Shown here one piece after another: positions 28,983 to 32,000 of a DNA stretch of 32,000 bases (position 1 is its first letter; the number at the start of each line of letters is the position of its first letter). A program made the position numbers and the translations under genes. The notes below the pieces were generated by a model that saw only the letters and a list, made by a program, of their open reading frames with translations, made no database searches and was not told the DNA's origin. This stretch comes from Halomicronema hongdechloris C2206 (GTDB lineage Bacteria > Cyanobacteriota > Cyanobacteriia > Phormidesmidales > Phormidesmidaceae): contig NZ_CP021983.2 of assembly GCF_002075285.3 (NCBI RefSeq), positions 780,001 through 812,000 of the forward strand, given 5' to 3'.

Positions 28983-29140
28983 CACACCCCCTCCAGTACT
29001 AAGGTGCTGTGGGTGTTTTTATTCTGGCATCTCCCTAATAGCTGGCAGTGACACCAAGGTGGTAGGGTGGGCATTGTCTCATCTAGAGTTTGGGCTGATG
29101 GTGATTGAGCCAAGCAATGCCCGCCGTTTCGCATAGTTGG

Positions 29141-29177
29141 TGGGCAAGCCAGGATTGTCGTATTTTGCTGAGGTGAC
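29141..29177. repeat. Copy A of a 37-nt dispersed repeat
   Basis: TGGGCAAGCCAGGATTGTCGTATTTTGCTGAGGTGAC is 32/37 identical to 31084-31120 by manual alignment without gaps. Confidence 0.75.
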
Positions 29178-29407
29178 CTGTGATGGGATTGCCCACCCTA
29201 CTTTCCTTGGTTACACTCTGAAACCGCCCCAATTCTGTCCAGGGATATGACAACCATGCTGACATCTGGTGACGTAACGATCCGGCAGGAGTTATCTCAA
29301 GTGGGCATAGGTGGCGTGACCCAGTTTCCCTTGCCAGAGATCACTCTACCCAATGCCTGGCCCTTCTTTGGGAAAACAGACCTCCCCCTCAGAGTCGATG
29401 AGACGCT

Positions 29408-30589
29408 ATGAAAACAATCCGCAGCCTGCGCCTTAGTCAGCGATTACCCATTTTATTGGGGGTGGCATTGACTGCCTGCGCCCAGATCACCGTCACTGGA
29501 CTGACCCAGGGAGAACAGGCGAATCAAACCATCACCGTCAACGCCCTGGAGATCAAACGTGGGCGAATTGATACCCTGGCTCGGGTCCAGACCTTTCAAG
29601 GTCAACCCGCTGTTGATTCGATTAACGAGCTCGCTATTCAGCTCAGCATTACCGAAGCCAATAATCCGCCGGATTTCAGCGAAACCTACTACTACCTCGC
29701 CATCAGTAGCCCCAAAGAAGCCATTCTGGGAGGAACGACCGGTGACCCCAACTATGTCCCTAACCAAATTGGCAAATTAACGTTTCTGACACTTAATCAA
29801 GGTGATAACCGAGTCGAAGCCGCCCCCCAAATCGGAGATGCCCATGCAGGCGCATCCTGGTTGGCGAGAGTTGAAGCCGATGATCGGACGATTCCCTGGT
29901 CCATTACAGAGGGCGATAATTGCTTTCTGCTCGAAGCGGAGGAGGAAGATTGCTTTGATATGGAAACCCTGTCTCGTCTGCTATTCGAAACCCTGGCAGA
30001 CTCCATAGAACAGGGTATGCGCAACGATATCCCAGCCATCCAAAGCATTCGCCATCGCCTCCATTTCGTACCGCGAGTGAGTCATCCAGCGATCGGGTTG
30101 AATAACCGACCGGCTAAGGGCTTCGGGTTTATCTACTTTGCTCAAATTAATGTGCCCGGTGCCAATTTCCAGGTGTATATACCCATTAATTTCTTGTTTA
30201 TTGCCAATGTCAATCAGTACATCCTTGTGGTGGACCCGCTCGAATTGGACACCCAGGATCAAAAGACCATTGCCCAAATTTATGTCAAAGAGAATATCGC
30301 TGGGGGCATTGATCTCAACCTTACCGAGCAGATTATCCGCGACCAACTCATCGACCAACTCCAAGCTGCTCCCTTACCGGTTCTGATTCCAGGTATTGAT
30401 TTTTCCGAGGCCCTGTTAACGGCCATGAATGGTGCTGCTGGTAATCCCTCGCAACTCTCCGATGATTTTGATATTTTATTGAGCCCATCTGGGGAAAATC
30501 GGGATCTGGCAACCACCATTCTATGGGAACAACTGGTTCCCGGTAATATCCTGCCCCGCAATCAAGTCGACCTTTTCTTCCTGGAGTAA
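29408..30589 (+). CDS. Hypothetical lipoprotein (393 aa)
   Basis: Signal peptide with lipobox LTAC (MKTIRSLRLSQRLPILLGVALTAC). No recognisable motif, and the codons are visibly more AT-rich than in the core genes. Confidence 0.6.
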   Translation: MKTIRSLRLSQRLPILLGVALTACAQITVTGLTQGEQANQTITVNALEIKRGRIDTLARVQTFQGQPAVDSINELAIQLSITEANNPPDFSETYYYLAISSPKEAILGGTTGDPNYVPNQIGKLTFLTLNQGDNRVEAAPQIGDAHAGASWLARVEADDRTIPWSITEGDNCFLLEAEEEDCFDMETLSRLLFETLADSIEQGMRNDIPAIQSIRHRLHFVPRVSHPAIGLNNRPAKGFGFIYFAQINVPGANFQVYIPINFLFIANVNQYILVVDPLELDTQDQKTIAQIYVKENIAGGIDLNLTEQIIRDQLIDQLQAAPLPVLIPGIDFSEALLTAMNGAAGNPSQLSDDFDILLSPSGENRDLATTILWEQLVPGNILPRNQVDLFFLE

Positions 30590-30697
30590 CCCGAGCTTGG
30601 GTTAAGTCATTCAATCAGAATTCGCTCCCATGGAGCGGCCGTCGTGTGGGTTGAGGCACGAAACCCACGACCCTTTGAATCAGCTTTTGCACCGTGA

Positions 30698-31069
30698 CTG
30701 AGTTCAGCTCAAGTTCAGCAGGGAAACTGGCGGCGGGGACGGGGCTGCAGCCAGTGCTTTCAGTCCGGGTACCTAGGCCGCGAAGCCATCGTGGAGCTGC
30801 TGGAAGTCGATGATCGCATTCGCGAGATCATGTACGACGGCACCATTACCCAATTGCAACATCACCTCAGCAAAGTCGGCTTCCTATCCTTTCGCGGTGC
30901 GGCCATTGAGAAGTTATTGACCGGCGCCACCACCTCTGAAGAAGTGCTCAGGGTGCTTCCCCGCAGTTCTTTGACCCGAAAAACAGCGGCCGATACGGAG
31001 GTTTTACAGCTGGTGCCCTCTGGGTCAGACGCATTTGCCGTGGCGTCTGAAAAGCTTACCTATAGCTAA
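30698..31069 (+). pseudogene. C-terminal fragment of a PilB/GspE-type secretion/pilus ATPase gene
   Basis: The frame is open only from 30698. It reads ...CSQCFQSGYLGREAIVELLEVDDRIREIMYDG...LLTGATTSEEVLRVLP, which is the C-terminal Cys motif and tail of GspE/PilB ATPases. The ~450 aa carrying the Walker motifs are absent, and only ~110 nt separate it from the upstream gene. Confidence 0.65.
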
Positions 31070-31083
31070 GTTCCTCAGAAAAA

Positions 31084-31120
31084 TGGGCAAGCCAGAATTG
31101 TCGCATTTTCCTGAGATAAC
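31084..31120. repeat. Copy B of the 37-nt dispersed repeat, embedded in a long imperfect hairpin
   Basis: TGGGCAAGCCAGAATTGTCGCATTTTCCTGAGATAAC. The arms CTCAGAAAAATG (31074-31085) and CATTTTCCTGAG (31104-31115) pair at 11/12 positions around an 18-nt loop. Confidence 0.75.
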
Positions 31121-31216
31121 TGACATTTCGCAGGTTGACAGTATTTTTTTGATGTGCCCGGCTTCTCTACGCTGAGTTTAGGAGAACATCTATAGAGTCA
31201 TTTCGAAGAATTGGTA

Positions 31217-31951
31217 TTATTTCCTAATTAGAGAGGTTGACAATGTTTTTAGGGCTTCATCTATTCTTTGAAGACCACATTCAGAACTACTTTCACTCCA
31301 CTCTAGTAATGCATAAGTACGGATACCCTGTGCTGCAGAACTTTTGGGTATGACATTAGAGGGTGGCTTTACTATGAATAGGAGTTGTTCAAACTGAACT
31401 TGTGGAAGATTTTGGATTAAATCAAAAAGTTCGTTCCGCTGCTTTATTTCATCGTAAGTTTTAACTTGATCTTCTTCTAAATATTCATCTGATTCTAATT
31501 CATTTTGAAAGAAATCCCTAAGGCAGGTCAATAGTGAGCAAACATCATCACTAATTAAAAATCCCCATCTCTCAATGATTTCATTAATAATGTTGATCAA
31601 TTCGGAAAAATCTTTCTCTTCATATAAACCTATGCAAGTCAATAGCTGACTACCGCAATTATAGATTTCTTCCTCATCGCTGTCTTCACCAGCCTGTAAG
31701 ATGGAACTAGCAATATCTGCAGCATATTTAGTTGATTCAATGAAATTCATCCAGAATTCATTAATTGCATCTAAAAGGCGATCAGTTCCAGTAGCACAAA
31801 TTTCATGGTAATAAAATTCTATTTGGTGCTTTTTTAGATAATTCTCATAGCGAGAATATTTTGAATCGTTTTTTTCTAAACAATCTAGATCCTGTCTTAT
31901 TTCGGACAGCAAATCTTGATAGTGTCTGCTCAGCCTTCGGGAGCATCTCAA
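31217..31951 (-). CDS. Hypothetical protein encoded in a strongly AT-rich (foreign-looking) segment; the C-terminus resembles a short helical adaptor/effector-associated domain
   Basis: 244-aa ORF whose composition contrasts sharply with the rest of the window. The C-terminal NLPQVQFEQLLFIVKPPSNVIPKSSAAQGIRTYALLEWSESSSECGLQRIDEAL resembles adaptor domains seen on cyanobacterial STAND/caspase/TIR conflict proteins (from memory). The TTG start at 31951 is uncertain. Confidence 0.55.
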   Translation of the reverse strand: MRCSRRLSRHYQDLLSEIRQDLDCLEKNDSKYSRYENYLKKHQIEFYYHEICATGTDRLLDAINEFWMNFIESTKYAADIASSILQAGEDSDEEEIYNCGSQLLTCIGLYEEKDFSELINIINEIIERWGFLISDDVCSLLTCLRDFFQNELESDEYLEEDQVKTYDEIKQRNELFDLIQNLPQVQFEQLLFIVKPPSNVIPKSSAAQGIRTYALLEWSESSSECGLQRIDEALKTLSTSLIRK

Positions 31952-32000
31952 AGTTGCAAAAACATCAACAATCGTAGGCTCTATTCAGATAGGCACATCG

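Noticed and set aside
29083-29265. 60-aa minus-strand ORF in the Uma2/lipoprotein intergenic region
   Set aside because: It is short and without motifs, and it contains repeat copy A. It is more likely a fragment of a repeat-derived sequence than a gene, so it is treated under the repeat finding instead.
1-32000. Search for tRNA, rRNA, tmRNA, RNase P, SRP or 6S RNA genes in intergenic regions
   Set aside because: I found no T-loop-like GGTTCGAATCC-type sequences or other recognisable conserved RNA cores by eye. A covariance-model scan (tRNAscan-SE, Infernal/Rfam) would be needed to exclude them formally.

Overview
Cyanobacterial chromosomal segment: the HIP1 octamer GCGATCGC recurs about every 1-2 kb up to ~27.46 kb, and G+C is visibly above 50% except at the far right end. 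All family calls come from reading motifs in the supplied translations; no database search was possible. Positions 1-20 kb are ordinary core genome: an S41 peptidase 3' end, an HD phosphohydrolase, a degenerate MBL-fold protein, an M50 site-2 protease, thrC, ilvA, a ROK glucokinase, an alpha/beta hydrolase, a Crp-like regulator and the conserved rimP-nusA-ylxR-infB operon. Positions 20-25.6 kb hold a DUF4349-like lipoprotein, a SAM methyltransferase, a BlaI/BlaR1-like pair, a small high-light-inducible protein gene missing from the ORF track (it carries a 1-nt frameshift and has an HLR1-like site upstream), and two conserved hypothetical genes. From ~25.65 kb to the window end the region becomes an accessory patchwork: a truncated REP-associated tyrosine transposase gene next to a 21-nt tandem REP-like array ending in a perfect 22-nt palindrome, then a tight minus-strand four-gene cluster, an orphan lipoprotein, a PilB/GspE C-terminal gene fragment, a 37-nt repeat pair, and a strongly AT-rich foreign ORF. 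The four-gene cluster has two Uma2-family nucleases, an intact ~423-aa protein with a Cmr6-like RAMP domain plus a second RAMP-like half, and an unrecognisable 142-aa partner. The best candidate for an undescribed system is this orphan RAMP module at 26105-28985. It shows type III CRISPR-effector-like RAMP signatures, yet no Cas10, Cas1/2/6 or CRISPR array is visible in the window. No rRNA, tRNA or CRISPR array was found.
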